Of a stretch of DNA of 64,000 bases, positions 25,585 through 37,872 are shown piece by piece; the stretch's first letter is position 1, and each line of letters opens with the position of its first letter. The notes beneath the pieces are model-generated. The model made no database searches. It was given only the letters and a program-made list of their open reading frames with translations, and had not been told where the DNA came from. The stretch comes from Mobula hypostoma (taxonomy: Eukaryota): the NCBI RefSeq assembly GCF_963921235.1, contig NC_086097.1, forward strand, positions 151,034,001 to 151,098,000. The letters run 5' to 3'. Both the position numbers and the translations under genes were made by a program.

Positions 25585-26336
25585 TTCCAGTGAGGTGGCA
25601 GTGCATTCAGTGTCAGCGGCTTCTGCAGGGTCAAAGAAGGTGCTACTGTCTATTTAAATGTATTTTTAATGATTACAAGGTCCTGCTATACACTAAGAAC
25701 TTAATGTACCGCAGGTCTGTCCCATCAGCGAGTTGCTCATTGGCAAAGAAAATGAAGGACTATGCATCATGCTACAGCTTGAGTCGAAGGAGGCGTACAG
25801 TTAATAGTGAGTGACTGTCTTAGTCACTTTTCTGGTGGTCACAAGAGCCTGTTGAACATTATTAATGTAGAATGCCACAAGTTTGATTCACTGACTTATT
25901 GGCGGATGGAGAGGGAGCTGTTTGGCCTCAGTTGTTGCAAGCATAGGCCTCAAGCCGTGGTGTCGCCTGTTTACAGCCACCAGGAGAGAAGTGTTTGAGC
26001 CGATGCATTCCACTGGGGGCAGTATTGGGGGCATCCAGGAGACAGTGCTGCCCCCTTCTCCCCCTCCTCCCCACAGTGTCTGCTCAGCAGAAGACAAGCT
26101 CTATCGTGGTCGACTGCAGATTTCTGCAGCATTGATGGACTTTTTTAATGCTTGGCTGTTTGTATCTCACCGATACCTTATGTGCTTGCGATTTTGTATG
26201 TGCCATGTGTGCTTTGTGCTCTGTATGACTGTCAGTACTGTGTTTTGTGTCTTGGCCCCCGAGTAGCGCCGTCTCGTTTGGTTGTATTCATGAGTAGTCA
26301 TGTATGGTTGAATGACAATTAAACTTGAATTGAATT
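25585..26336 (+). mobile_element. Non-coding element ending in a Rex1-type 3' tail (candidate non-autonomous retroposon)
   Basis: The 3' end gtatggttgaatgacaattaaacttgaattgaa matches the tail of the Rex1 at 33045-33130. The upstream part shows no RT similarity. Confidence 0.45.
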
Positions 26337-26745
26337 TATATGGTGCTTTTCGCAAACTCCGGAAGTCACAAAATGCTTAATGATTAATGAGGTAATTTTG
26401 TTAATGAAATGCAGTCACCATGGAAATGTAGTAAACATGGCAGCTAAACTGTGTGCTGCAAGGGCACAGCAAAGAGATAAATAAATAGGACCTCTGGTTT
26501 TACGAGGTATTGATTGAGGGAAAAACATTGAGGGATCAATATTGGGCCTCGATTTAACATTTCATTGAAAGGCAGCACCTCTGAAGGTGCAGGATCCTTT
26601 TAGTGACTGAAGTTTCACAATGGATTATGCGATAAATGCTGGCCTTCCCAGCAATGCCCACAGCCCCCCAAAAGAAATCAATGAACAGACATCTCTGGAG
26701 AGAAATTTGAAGCCACAATCATCTGACGCTTAAGTGCTGCTGCTG
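26335..26745 (-). mobile_element. Ancient Deu-domain SINE (SacSINE1/AmnSINE1-like)
   Basis: gggcctcgatttaacatttcattgaaaggcagcacctctgaaggtgcag...ggattatg...ctctggag...ttgaagccacaa...tctgac matches the reverse complement of the Deu-SINE core and tRNA head as recalled. A short foreign piece lies at ~26632-26680. Confidence 0.6.
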
Positions 26746-27529
26746 GGACGTTGTTGATTCTGAGTAGCATCAGTGACTTTTTGTTTGTTTGCTCTTCTCG
26801 TCTGACTGGGGTGAAGGAAAAAGGAAAGCAGCAATCCATCTGCAATCCCTGCCTCTGGTTTGCTCAGCAAACAAAGAGCAGGAATGAAGCTTAATACTTA
26901 CTGACTTCGCTAATGAGCTGTCAGGTGAGTCATTGCTTAAAATAGACTTGAAGTTGTGAAACACTTAACTGCCTGTGATGTAGTTTGGAAAATGTCGTGT
27001 GCATTATGACCTTGGATGTTGTTTGCAGACATAACATCGTCTCTATGCGACTGATCTGCCTGTACAAAGGCCATTTCACACAACTCCAACAGTACTATAC
27101 TTCTGTGCCAGAATTTAAGCAAATTAAAATAAAGTAGTCCAAATAGCACATTATTCCCTCATACTCTGCCAAACAGTTCTATCATAGAGTCATAGAGTCA
27201 TTCAGCAACAAGTAGGCCTCTTGGCCCAATTTGATCATGTTGACCAAGACTCTCCACTCCTAGTTTCACTGGCTTGCACTTGGCCAATATCCCTGTAAAC
27301 CTTTAAAATCCATGTACCTGTCCAAATGTATTTTAAATTTGTTTTTGTACCATCAGCCACTTCCTCTGCCCACTCATTCCATATGACCCTCCATGTGAAG
27401 AAGTGGCCCCTCAGCTCCCTGTTCAGTCTTTTCTCTCTCACCTTAAGCCTCTGCTCTCTACCATCCAGCAAATAATGTTAGCTCTCTCTGAATCCCAAGC
27501 AATCTAACCTTCCAGATTAGACTTTCATG

Positions 27530-29750
27530 CAGGGCCTTGTCAAACAGCACCCCTGAGGATTATAGAGAAGCCAGTAAAGAACTCATAAAGAGATTTAGGA
27601 AAGCCAGGAGGGGTTATGAAATGTCCTTGGCAAGTAGGATTAAAGAGAATTCCGAGGCATTCTCTGTAGACATCAAGAGCAAGAGGATGTGGGTGAGGTT
27701 CTTAATGAGTACTTTAAGACCATAAGACATAGGAGCAGAATTAGGCCATTCAGCCTATTGAATCTGCTCCACCATTCCATCATGGCTGATCCCAGATGCC
27801 ACTCAATCAACTTCCGTCTTAAATATACATATGGACTTGGCCTCCACCGCAGTCTGTGGCAGAGCATTCCACAGATTTACTACTCTCTGGCTAAAAAAAT
27901 TCCGCCTTAGCTCTGTTCTAAAGGGTCCCCCCTCACTTTTGAGGCTATGCTCTTTAGTTCTGGATACCCCCACCATAAGAAACGTCCTCTCCACATCCAT
28001 CTATGTAGTTCTTTCAACATTCGGTAGGTTTCAATAAGATAATCCCGCATTCTTCTAAATTCCAGTAAATACAGTACTTTACATCAGTATTTACTAAGGA
28101 GAAGGACATGGAGAATTGGGAGATCTGTGCTGAGTGCCTTGATATGTTAGGACATTTCAAGATAAAGGAGGAGGTAGTGTTGGGTCTCTTAAAGATGTTT
28201 AAGGTGGATAAGTACCCAGACCTGATGGGATATACCCCAAACTATTGGCAGAGAGAAGAGATTGTTGGGGCCTTGATTAATACCTTTCTGTCATCTCTAG
28301 CCACAGGCAAGTTCCCAAGGACATTAATATTGTTCCATTATTCAAGAAGTGAAGCAGGGATAACCTGGAAACTATAGACTGGTCAGTGGTAGGGAAGTCA
28401 CTGGAGAGAATTCTTAGGGATGGGATTTATGAGCATTTGGAAAGCCATGGCTTAATTAGCGAGAGCCAGCATGCTTTTTACAGGGCAAGTCACGTCTTTC
28501 TAACTGGACTGAGTCTTCTAGTGAGGTGATGTGGGTGTTTGATCAAGGTAGGGTTGTCTACATGAATTTTATTAAGGCTGTTGACAAGGTCTTTCATGGG
28601 AAGCTCATCCAGAGATTAAGATGCATGGGAGCCATGGTGAACTGGCCATTTGGATTCAAGACTGGCTTGGCCATAGAACACAGAGGTTAGTGGCCAAAAG
28701 GATGTATTCTAGGTGGAGGTGCATCATGAATGGTGTTCCACAAGGACCTGTACTGGGACCTCTGCTGTTTGTAATATATATAAATAACATGGATGAAAAT
28801 GTAGATGGTTAAAATGAGTAAGTTTGCAGATGATATGAGGATTGGTTAGTGATGTTGTGTATAGCGCAGAAGAATATAACAGAATATAGACCAGTTGCAG
28901 ATATTGGCGGAGAAATGGTAGATGGAGTTTAACCCAGCCAAATGTGAATTGCTGCACCTTGGTAGGTCAAATGAAAAGTGACAGTACACTGTGAAGGGCA
29001 AGATTTTTAACAGTGTTGACAAGCAGAAAGATCTTGGGGTCCAAATTCATAGCTCTCTAAAAGTGGCTACACAGTTTGATCCGCTGGTTAAGAAAGCATT
29101 TGGCACACTTGCCTGTAATAGCTGAGGAACTGAGTTCCCAAGTCAGGAAGTTACGCTGCAGCTTTATAAAACTCTAGTTCGGCTGCATCTGGAGTACTGC
29201 ATACAGTGCTGGTCACCCCCATTATAGGAAGAATGCTGAGGCTTTGGAGAAGGTGTAGAAGAGGTTTAACCAAGATGTTTCCAGGATTAGAGGACATGCG
29301 CTATAATGTACGGTTGGACAAATTTGGATTCTTTGCTCTGGAGCAGGAGAGACTGAGGGGAGATCTGATAGAGGTTTATAAGATTATAAGAGGCATTGGT
29401 AGAGTGAGACAGTCAATACCGTTTTCCAAGGTTTGAAATGTCTAATACCAGAGGGCATGAATTTAAGGTGAGAGGGGGTAACTTCAAAGGAGATGTGAGG
29501 GGCAAGTTTTTTACTCAGAGTGTGGTGGGTGCCTGGAATGTGCTGCCTGGGGTGGTGATTAGAGGCAGATACAAGAGAGACTTGTAAGAGACGTTTAGAT
29601 ATGCACAGAAATGAGAGAAAAATTAAAATACCCAGGAGCCTTGTGTAGGCAGATTAGTCTAGTTAGCCATTTGATTACTAATTAAATTGGACCACTACAA
29701 CATTGTGGGCCAAAGGGTCTTTTTCTGAGCAGTACTGTTCTATGGCCTAT
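27530..29750 (+). mobile_element. CR1 LINE (linker, RT, 3'UTR) with nested antisense CR1
   Basis: ORFs 27537-27725 (LASRIKEN), 28621-28812 (GVPQGPVLGPLLF) and 29206-29436 (RGDLIEVYK), with a CR1 3'UTR ending gttctatggcctatg. Confidence 0.9.
27716..28072 (-). mobile_element. CR1 3' end (TCTTATGG-tailed family) inserted antisense into CR1 with an 8-bp TSD
   Basis: Tail aagaccataagacatagg; TSD agtacttt at 27708-27715 and 28073-28080. Confidence 0.85.
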
Positions 29751-30277
29751 GGAGTTGTTATGTCGCTAACATGCTATGAGGAATTTTACATTGTTGCACA
29801 GGTATCAAAATTATATTCAAATCATTTCAACAAATTTTACACCTAATGTCAAATCAAAATGATCAGACATTCTTTCTAAATACTGATTCACACCATGCTG
29901 CTGGAAGTCCATCAAGTCTGCCACCATTCCATTAGTTTTTGATCCTCATGCAGGCATTAATATCTCAAGGCTTACTTTCTGCAGTACTCTCTCTGAGCTA
30001 GTCTCTCCCCTACCATCTGCACAATTAGATTACTTCTATCCAGTCTGTTAGGTTACTTCCTAGTGTGGTGTATCCCTGTTTGTAATCCAGTATCATTGTT
30101 GATAGGCAACATGCCACACACACATTGCATTAGTCTGCCTCCCAAAATTGCTTGGTTCCCAATACTGTTCCACTGTTTGCAGTCAGTATCTTAGCTCCTA
30201 TCCTTGGACATACTTTGCTCAGACACCTCCCCCCCAAACCTTAACTTTCTTCTCCTAAATCCACAAGCTCGATTAAG

Positions 30278-30430
30278 CGCAAACAACAGGAATTCTGCAG
30301 ATGCTGGAAATTCAAGCAACATACATCAAAGTTGCTGGTGAACGCAGCAGGCCAGGCAGCATCTGTAGGAAGAGGTGCAAGCGACGTTTCAGGCCGAGAC
30401 CTGACGAAGGTCCTACAGATGCTGCTTGGC
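30278..30430. mobile_element. Very short inverted Penelope-like insertion
   Basis: A full terminus on the minus strand (aacaacaggaattctgcagatgctgg...gacgtttcaggccgagac) flips to plus at cctgacgaagg (30400) and tcctacagatgctgc. Confidence 0.8.
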
Positions 30431-31262
30431 ATCTGTATCCCTTATCCGAAATCCTTGGGGCCAGTTGCATTTCGGAATTCAGAATTTTTCGGATTTCAGA
30501 CCCCCCCCCCCCCACCATACCAAAAAACATGTATGTTCAAGTCCCTTACTTAACCTGTCTTAGTGCGGTGGTCTTTAGGACCCAGCGGCGCACCAAACCT
30601 ACGCTCATCCTCCCGTATACTTTAAATCATCTCTAGATTACTTATTATACCTAATAAAATGTAAATGCTATGTAAATAATTGTTATACTGCATTGTTTAG
30701 GGAATAATGACAAGAAGAAATTTTATTTCCAACAGAAACATTCAATAAAACATAAAAATATGCAGCTTCAAACAAACTGAATCAAACACATGGTAAATGA
30801 CTTATTGGAATAAATATAGAACATCACTGTCACTATAAAACTTCAGTAACTTGTCTTTCTGTTTATTTAAATCATATACAGTGGTAGTTCTGACACTATT
30901 TTCTTCGGTAAGACGCCGCACAGACACACCACGATCAAGCTTCCGCAATAACTCCACTTTCTGTGTTATTGATAATGATAGATGCTTCCTTCTCTTTTTC
31001 TCATTGTTACCCATAGGGGTATCTGCAGCTCTTTTTGACATTTTCACTGTGAAATTAAACACACAATCAACAGTGAACACAAAATATCAGCGGACAGCAA
31101 ATGCACGTGTAACCAGTACGAGCGCTGAGCCACAACTGACGTCTGGCGGCCTCTGCTAGTGCTGCCACATCACACCTGAGTGACGGCAGCTGTTGGCAAA
31201 AAAAACTTCGGATTTCAGAGCTTTTTGGATTTCAAAATTTTGGATAAAGGAATGTGCACCTG
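30431..31262 (-). mobile_element. Non-autonomous Tigger/pogo DNA transposon: Tigger4/Zombi-like N-terminal HTH ORF plus a MER2-like segment
   Basis: ORF 31041-30802 (MSKRAADTPMGNNEKKRRKHLSLSITQKVELLRKLDRGVSVRRL...TTVYDL) is a CENP-B/psq-type HTH. The right TIR ends cacctg followed by TA (31263-31264); the left TIR is partial (tatcccttatccgaaat). Confidence 0.85.
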
Positions 31263-31289
31263 TACTAACAACAGCTGCATACAGCCAAA

Positions 31290-32280
31290 GTCTTTTCTGG
31301 GACCCTTACTCTTTGTGATTTTTATAAATGACCTGTATGAGGAAGTGGAGGGATGGGTTAGTAAGTTTGCTGATGACACAAAGGTGGAGGTGTTGTGGAT
31401 AGTGTGGAGAGCTGCCAGAGGTTACAGCGGGACATTGATAGGATGCAAAGCTGGGTTGAGAAGTGGCAGATAGAATTCAACCCAGATAAGTGTGAAGTGC
31501 TTCATTTTGGTAGATCTAATATGATGGCAGAATATAGTATTAATGGTAAGACTCTTGGCAGTGTGAAGGATCAGAGGGATCTTGGGGTCCGAGTCCACAG
31601 GACACTCAAAGCAGCTGCGCAGGTTGATTCTGTGGTTAAGAAGGCGTACAGTGTATTGGCCTTCATCGATCGTAGAATTGAATTTAGGAGCTGAGAGGTA
31701 ATGTTGCAACTATATAGGATCCTAGTCAGACCACACTTGGAGTACTGTGCTCAGTTCTGGTCGCCTCACTACAGGAAGGATGTGGAAGTCATAGAAAGGG
31801 TGCAGAGGAGATTTACAAGGATGTTGCCTGGATTGGGGAGCATGCCTTATGAAAACAGGTTGAGTGAACTCGGCCTTTTCTCCTTGGAGCGACAGAGCAT
31901 GAGAGGTGACCTGATAGAGGTGTTTAAGATGATGAGAGGCATTGATTGTGTGGTTAGTCAGAGGTTTTTTCCCAGGGCTGAAATGGTTGCCACAAGAGGA
32001 CACAGGTTTAAGGTGCTGGGGAGTAGGTACAGAGGAGATGTCAAGGGTAAGTTTTTTACTCAGAGAGTGGTGAGTGCATGGAATGGGCTGCCGGCAACGA
32101 TGGTGGAGGCGGATATGGTAGGATCTTTTAAGAGACTTTTAGATAGGTACATGGAGCTTAGTAAAATAGAGGGCTATAGGTAAGCCCAGTAATTTCTAAG
32201 GTAGGGACATGTTTGGCACAAGTTTGTGGGCCGAAGGGCCTATATCGTGCTGTAGGTTTTCTACAACTTCTATAACTTCT
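31290..32280 (+). mobile_element. Young CR1 LINE 3' portion
   Basis: ORFs 31395-31694 and 31701-32183 (KFADDTK, VRPHLEYCAQFWSP, FFTQRVV) and a CR1 3'UTR. Confidence 0.93.
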
Positions 32281-32373
32281 AAGTTTTACTGCTGAGGTTT
32301 GCCACGTTGGAACCAATTTTAGACTAAAATTAGGTTTTAAATTAAGATTAAAGCTCTGAGTTCACATTTAGTA

Positions 32374-32454
32374 CAGGGGTTCCCAACCTTTTTTTTTACC
32401 ATAGATCAATTCCACTGAGCAAGGAGTCTATGGGCACCTGGTTGGGAACGCCTG
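32374..32454. mobile_element. 81-bp hAT (Charlie-like) MITE
   Basis: TIRs caggggttcccaacc / ggttgggaacgcctg, with 8-bp flanks atttagta / atttatga. Confidence 0.75.
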
Positions 32455-33044
32455 ATTTATGATTTATAAAACCTAAATCTATAAGGGTGCATATAAAGGC
32501 AAAGAACAGAAACATTTGTTTCCTCCCAAAAGGTGTAGGCTATCCCTGGAGATATGGAAACTAAATAAAGGGTGCAGATATTTGGTTTATGATTATTGTC
32601 ACATGTACTGAGGTACAGTGAAAAGCTTGTTTGAAAACTGTTCATACAGATCAATTCATTACACAGTGCTTTGGAGGCAGTACCAGCTAAAGTGAATACA
32701 GAATAGCGTGTAACAGCTGCACAGAAAATGCAGTGCAGGTGGACAATCAGATGCAAGATCATAATGAGGTAGTTCATCTTACCACACAAGAGGTCTGAAA
32801 ACGATGGATCGAAGTTTCTCTTGAGCCTGATGGTACATGCTTTCAGGTTTCTGCATCATCGGCCCAGTGGGAGGGGGTAATAGACAATGTCTGGGGTGGA
32901 TCGGCTCTTTGATTATGCTGACTGCTTCACTGAGGCACCAAGAAATATAGACAGAGTCCATGGAGGGGAGGCTAATTTCCATGATGTGCTAAACTGTGTC
33001 CACAACTCGCTGTAGTTTCTTCTGCTCACGGGTTGCCATGACAA

Positions 33045-34940
33045 GCCATCAAGTCAAATCAAGTCAAGTCAATTTTATTGTCATTTCGACCATAACTGCT
33101 GGTACAGTACACAGTAAAAACAAGACAATGTTTTTCAGGATCATGGTGCTACATGAAACAATACAAAAACTACACTGAACTACGTAAAACAACGCAAACC
33201 TACACTAATCTACAGACCTACCAGGACTGCATAAAGTGCACAATACAGTGCAGGCATTACAATAAATAATAAACAAGACAATAGGCACAGTAGAGGGCAG
33301 TAGGTTGGTGTCAGTCCAGGCTCTGGGTATTGAGGAGTCTGATGGCTTGGGGGAAGAAACTGTTACATAGTCAGGTCGTGAGAGCCCGAATACTTTGGTG
33401 CCTTTTGCCAAATGGCAGGAGGGAGAAGAGTTTATATGAGGAGTGCATGGGGTCCTTCATAATGCTGTTTGCTTTACGGATGCAGCGTGTGGTGTAAATG
33501 TCTGTAATGGCGGGAAGAGAGACCCAGATGATCTTCTCAGCTGACCTCACTATCTGCTGCAGGGTCTTGCGATCGGAGATGGTGCAATTTTTGAACCAGG
33601 CAGTGATGCAGCTGCTCAGGATGCTCTCAGTACAACCTCTGTAGAATGTGGTGAGGATGGGGGTGGGAGATGGACTTTTCTCAGCCTTCGCAGAAAGTAG
33701 AGATGCTGCTGGGCTTTCTTTGCTATGGAGCTGGTGTTGAGGGACCAGGTGAGATTCTCTGCCAGGTGAACACCAAGAAATTTGGTGCTCTTAACGATCT
33801 CTACGGAGGAGTCGTCGATGTTGAGCGGAGAGTTGTCACTCCGTGTCCTCCTGAAGTCAACAACCATCTCTTTTGTTTTGTTCACAGAGACAGGTTGTTG
33901 GCTCTGCACCAATCTGTTAGTTGCTGCACCTCCTCTCTGTATGCTGACTCATTGTTCTTGCTGATGAGATCCACCACGGTTGTGTCATCGGCGAACTTGA
34001 TGATGTGCTTTGAGCTGTGTGTTGCAGCACAGTCGTGGGTCAGCAGAGTGAACAGCAGTGGACTGAGCACACAGCCCTGGGGGGCTCCCATGCTCAGTGT
34101 GATGGTGTTGGAGATGCTGCTTCCGATCTGGACTGACTGAGGTCTCCCAGTCAGGAATTCTAGGATCCAGTTGCAGAGTGAGGTGTTCAGGCCCAGTAGG
34201 CTCAGCTTTCCAATCAGTTTCTGAGGAATGATTGTGTTGAATGCTGAACTGAAGTCTATGAACAGCATTCGAACGTATGCGTCTTTTTTGTCTAGGCGGA
34301 GGGTGATGGCAATGGCGTCATCTGTTGAACGGTTGGGAAGGTACGGTCCAGTGAGGGGGACAGCAGGGTCTTGATGTGCCTCATGACGAGCCTCTTGAAA
34401 CACTTCATGATGATGGATGTGAGTGGGACGGGAGGGTAATCATTGAGGCAGGACACTGAAGACTTCTTCGGCACGGGGACGATGGCGGCGGCCTTGAAGC
34501 ACGTAAGAACGACAGCGCTGCTCAGGGAAATGTTGACGATGTCAGTGAGAATCTCTGCTAGCTGGTCTGCACATCCTCTAAGCACTTTGCCAGGAATATT
34601 GTCTGGTCCAGAAACCTTCCGTGGGTTGACCCTGCATAGGGTTCTCCTCACATCGGCCACGGTAAGACACAGCACCTGGTCATTTGGAGGAGGGGTGGTT
34701 TTCCTCACCGCCACATCATTTTCCGCCTCAAAACGAGCATAGAATTCCTGACGAAGGGTCTTGGCCTGAAACGTCGACTGCACCTCTTCCTATAGATGCT
34801 ACCTGGCCTGTTGCGTTCACCAGCAACTTTGATGTGTGTTGCTTGAATTTCCAGCATCTGCAGAATTCGTCGTGTTATAGAATTTATTCAACGCATCTGG
34901 GAGGGAGGCATCACCAGCACAGGCAGGTGGTGTTGTCATG
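33045..34940 (-). mobile_element. Rex1/Babar-type LINE (RT to tail), interrupted by a PLE terminus; preceded by another Rex1-type 3' end (~32580-33030)
   Basis: ORFs 34292-34783, 33882-34403 ([34 protein letters not shown]) and 33616-33912, with a (cttga)n tail. DASLPDALNKFYARFE is restored across the insertion. Confidence 0.93.
34747..34876 (+). mobile_element. 130-bp Penelope-like 3' terminus with an 8-bp TSD
   Basis: Begins cctgacgaagggtcttggcctgaaacgtcgactg and ends cagaattcgtcgtgtt. TSD atagaatt lies at 34739-34746 and 34877-34884. Confidence 0.88.
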
Positions 34941-35413
34941 CACCTGGATAGAATAAGCACCAGATAGGATTACAGCTCTATGTATCCATTTTCTGTACTT
35001 AGCCAGTCAAAGGTTCTCTTGTGTTAATCACTAAAAGTCTGTTTGCACTACTAATTACATCACCGTACACATTTATTTGGGCAGGTATTGTTTAAAATGT
35101 CTTCCTCTTCACACTTAGAAGCCAGAAACTATTGTTGCTGGTGTTACTGTAAAAAAACTGTGGAATTTCTCACATGCCTCTGAACTATAGCTACATCGAT
35201 AAAATTCAATATTACTTCTTGTTATAATTATAAATAGCAGAAAAATTAGTTCTGATGAGAGGTTATCAACCTGAATCGTTGACCCAGTTTCTCTCTTCAC
35301 AGATACTACCTGGCTTGCTGAATATTTCCATTAAATTTCAGATTTCCAATATCCTCCGCATTTTGCTTTAGTTTCTTCTATTAGTGTAAATTACCTTTCA
35401 GGTTTCCAAGATA

Positions 35414-35705
35414 TCGTAGCAATTAGTACAACACTATTGCGGCTCGGAGTGTTCAGGGTTCAGAGTTCAATTCCGGCACTGTAAGGAATCTTTGTATGTC
35501 CTCCCCATGGAATGTATGGGTTTTTTCCAGACCCTCCAGTTGCATCCCACAGTCCAAAGACCGACTGGATCGGTTAATTGGTCACTGTAAAATGTCCCAT
35601 GAGGTTAGGGTTAAACAGTTTTGTCAGGTGTTGCTGAGGCGACGTGGCTCGAAGGGCCGGAGAGGCCTACTCTGTGTTGTATCACTAAATAAATAAATAA
35701 AACAA
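35414..35705 (+). mobile_element. V-SINE (HE1-like)
   Basis: Head with gagttcaattcc, V-domain tcccacagtccaaagac, CR1-like 3' end gaagggccggagaggcctactctgtgttgtatc, and a (taaa)n tail. Confidence 0.8.
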
Positions 35706-36496
35706 AACACGTGTCTGAACTGTTTCACCTTAACGGGACACCTAGTAACAGGAATGTTGTGACAGAGAGAGACTATTTTCTCCTTTAAGGGAGTAATTGG
35801 GTAATTATCTGATACAGGTCTCTAGACAGAAGTCAGCAGGATTAGTTTTGAATGACTCAGGATAGATATCTATGTAAGAAGCAACAGTTTACAACAGGTC
35901 AAGTTTTCTGGCCTGTAGCTATTGAACACCGAGGCAATATTATTATTTAATGACATTTATCTTAATGTCTATCCCATTGGTATGCTGAATTTTAATATGT
36001 AACTTGCACAAATCCACGTGTTCATTCCTCTGCACAGTTTACTTTGTGAAGCCAGGGCTAATGTGATGAGTCTGAGGAATCCGTCATTCTCATGTGTAAA
36101 ATACCTGCCCACCCCACCTGGAACCTGCTCCCTGAACTTCCTCAGAGCAGCTCCCACCAATGAATACTTTGATAACAAATGAACCTTTCAATTCACTCCA
36201 TATATGTGCAAGTTTAGCACTTAGGTTTTTGGCAATGAGGACAGCAAACTGGTTTGAGGGAATTCTGGTCCCTTGTGTGAAACAGTTCTAATTCCCTCTT
36301 TATTCCTCTAGTGATTATCCATAGTTTATGTACCCTTGTTACCAATTCTCCAAGCAGTGGAAGTGATTGTTCCCTATTTACCAATCTGACACGGCTATTA
36401 AATTCTCTGTCAAACCTCTCGTTCCAACATGAAAGCCCAATTTATTTTTCACCTTTCCATCAAAGCAGTTAATCTCTTGTTCCTTGTACCATTTAG

Positions 36497-37145
36497 AAAG
36501 TGCAGAGGAGCAAAGGGATTTAGGTGTCCATGAACAGAAATCACTAAAAGCTACTGGACAGGTACAACAAAGTAATCAAAAAGACTAATGGAATGTTAGA
36601 CTTTATCTCAAGGGTGTCGGGATACAAAAGGGAGAAAGTTCAGCTTCAGTTACACAGAGCTTCGTTGCATCCCATCTGAAGAAAAGCATTCAGAATTGGG
36701 CATTGTCTCTCAGGCAAACACTTATTGGACTTGCAGCACAATCACACCAAAATGCTACTGAAGCTTAAACGTTGAATTATGACAATAATTTGGGTTGGGT
36801 TTCTTTGAATTTAGAAGATTGAATTAATATTTTGATGAGTTTAATTTGACAAAAACACACAAAAAATGAACATTGGGTTAGAAACTTAACATTAGAGACA
36901 CTTATGGGAAACAAGTTAGTAAACATTTTTTTTGCCCAAAGAAGGTTGAGAATGCATAGCTCTCTCTCCCAAAAGCATGGGTTAATTAAACATTTCCCAA
37001 TTTGGATAATCCAATCTTGGCTAGTTGAGAGTATTAAAGAACAGGGATCAAGTGGGGAAATAGAATTCGGCATGAATCTCTTATGACATTACTAAATAAT
37101 AGAACAGACTTAAAGAGCTGAAAGGCCCACTTCACTTCTGTGTTT
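36497..37145 (+). mobile_element. Degenerate CR1 3' fragment
   Basis: caaagggatttaggtgtcc...aagtaatcaaaaagactaatggaatgtt and a CR1-like 3' end. Confidence 0.6.
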
Positions 37146-37263
37146 CCGATTTTAAATTAATTAACCTTCAATTTTCCCATTCCTTGTTACTCCTTGCTTC
37201 TCCTGAAGGACTAATTCAATATGCAAATGTGCCTAACAAGGAGATTTACATTGGCTGTTTTTA

Positions 37264-37872
37264 ATGACAAACAAGAGAAAATCTGCTGACGCTGGCAATC
37301 CATGCATCACACACAAATTTCTGGAGGAACTCAGCAGGCTGGGCAGCATCTATGGGAAAGAATAAACAGTCCACGTTTCGGGCCGAGACCCTTCAGCAGG
37401 ACTGGAGAAATAAAGATGAGGAGTAGAGTTAAAAGGACACAAGGTGATGGGTGAAACTGGGGGTGGAGGGGCGAAGTAAAAAGCTGGGAAGTTGATTGGT
37501 GAAAGAGATACAGGACTGGAGAAGAGGGAATGAAATTGATTGGTGAAAGAGATACTGGGCTGGAGAAGGGATAGTCTAATAGGAGAGGACAGAAGGCCTT
37601 CCATAGCCTTCTGTCCCCTCCTGTTAGATTCCCCCTATCCAGCCCTATATCTCTTTCACCAATCAACTTCCCAGCTCTGAACTTCACCCCTCCCCCTCCT
37701 TGGGTTCACCTATCCCTCTCTGTTTCTCTCTCCCCTCCCCCACCATTTAACTCTACTCCTTATTCTTATTTCTCCTGATGAAGGGTCTCAGCCCAAAACG
37801 TCCACTGTACTCATATCCATTGACGCTGCCTGGCCTGCTGAGTTCCTCCAGCATTTTGTGTGTGTTGCTAGA
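37264..37872. mobile_element. Older inverted Penelope-like insertion
   Basis: Minus arm ~37264-37600 and plus arm ~37600-37872. Hammerhead-like motifs lie at ~37367-37404 (-) and ~37774-37808 (+). Flanks ctgttttta at 37255-37263 and 37873-37881. Confidence 0.85.

Noticed and set aside
35414..35480. tRNA genes at B-box-like motifs (also ~7560, ~17740, ~50070)
   Set aside because: There is no cloverleaf, and each continues into a SINE body and tail.
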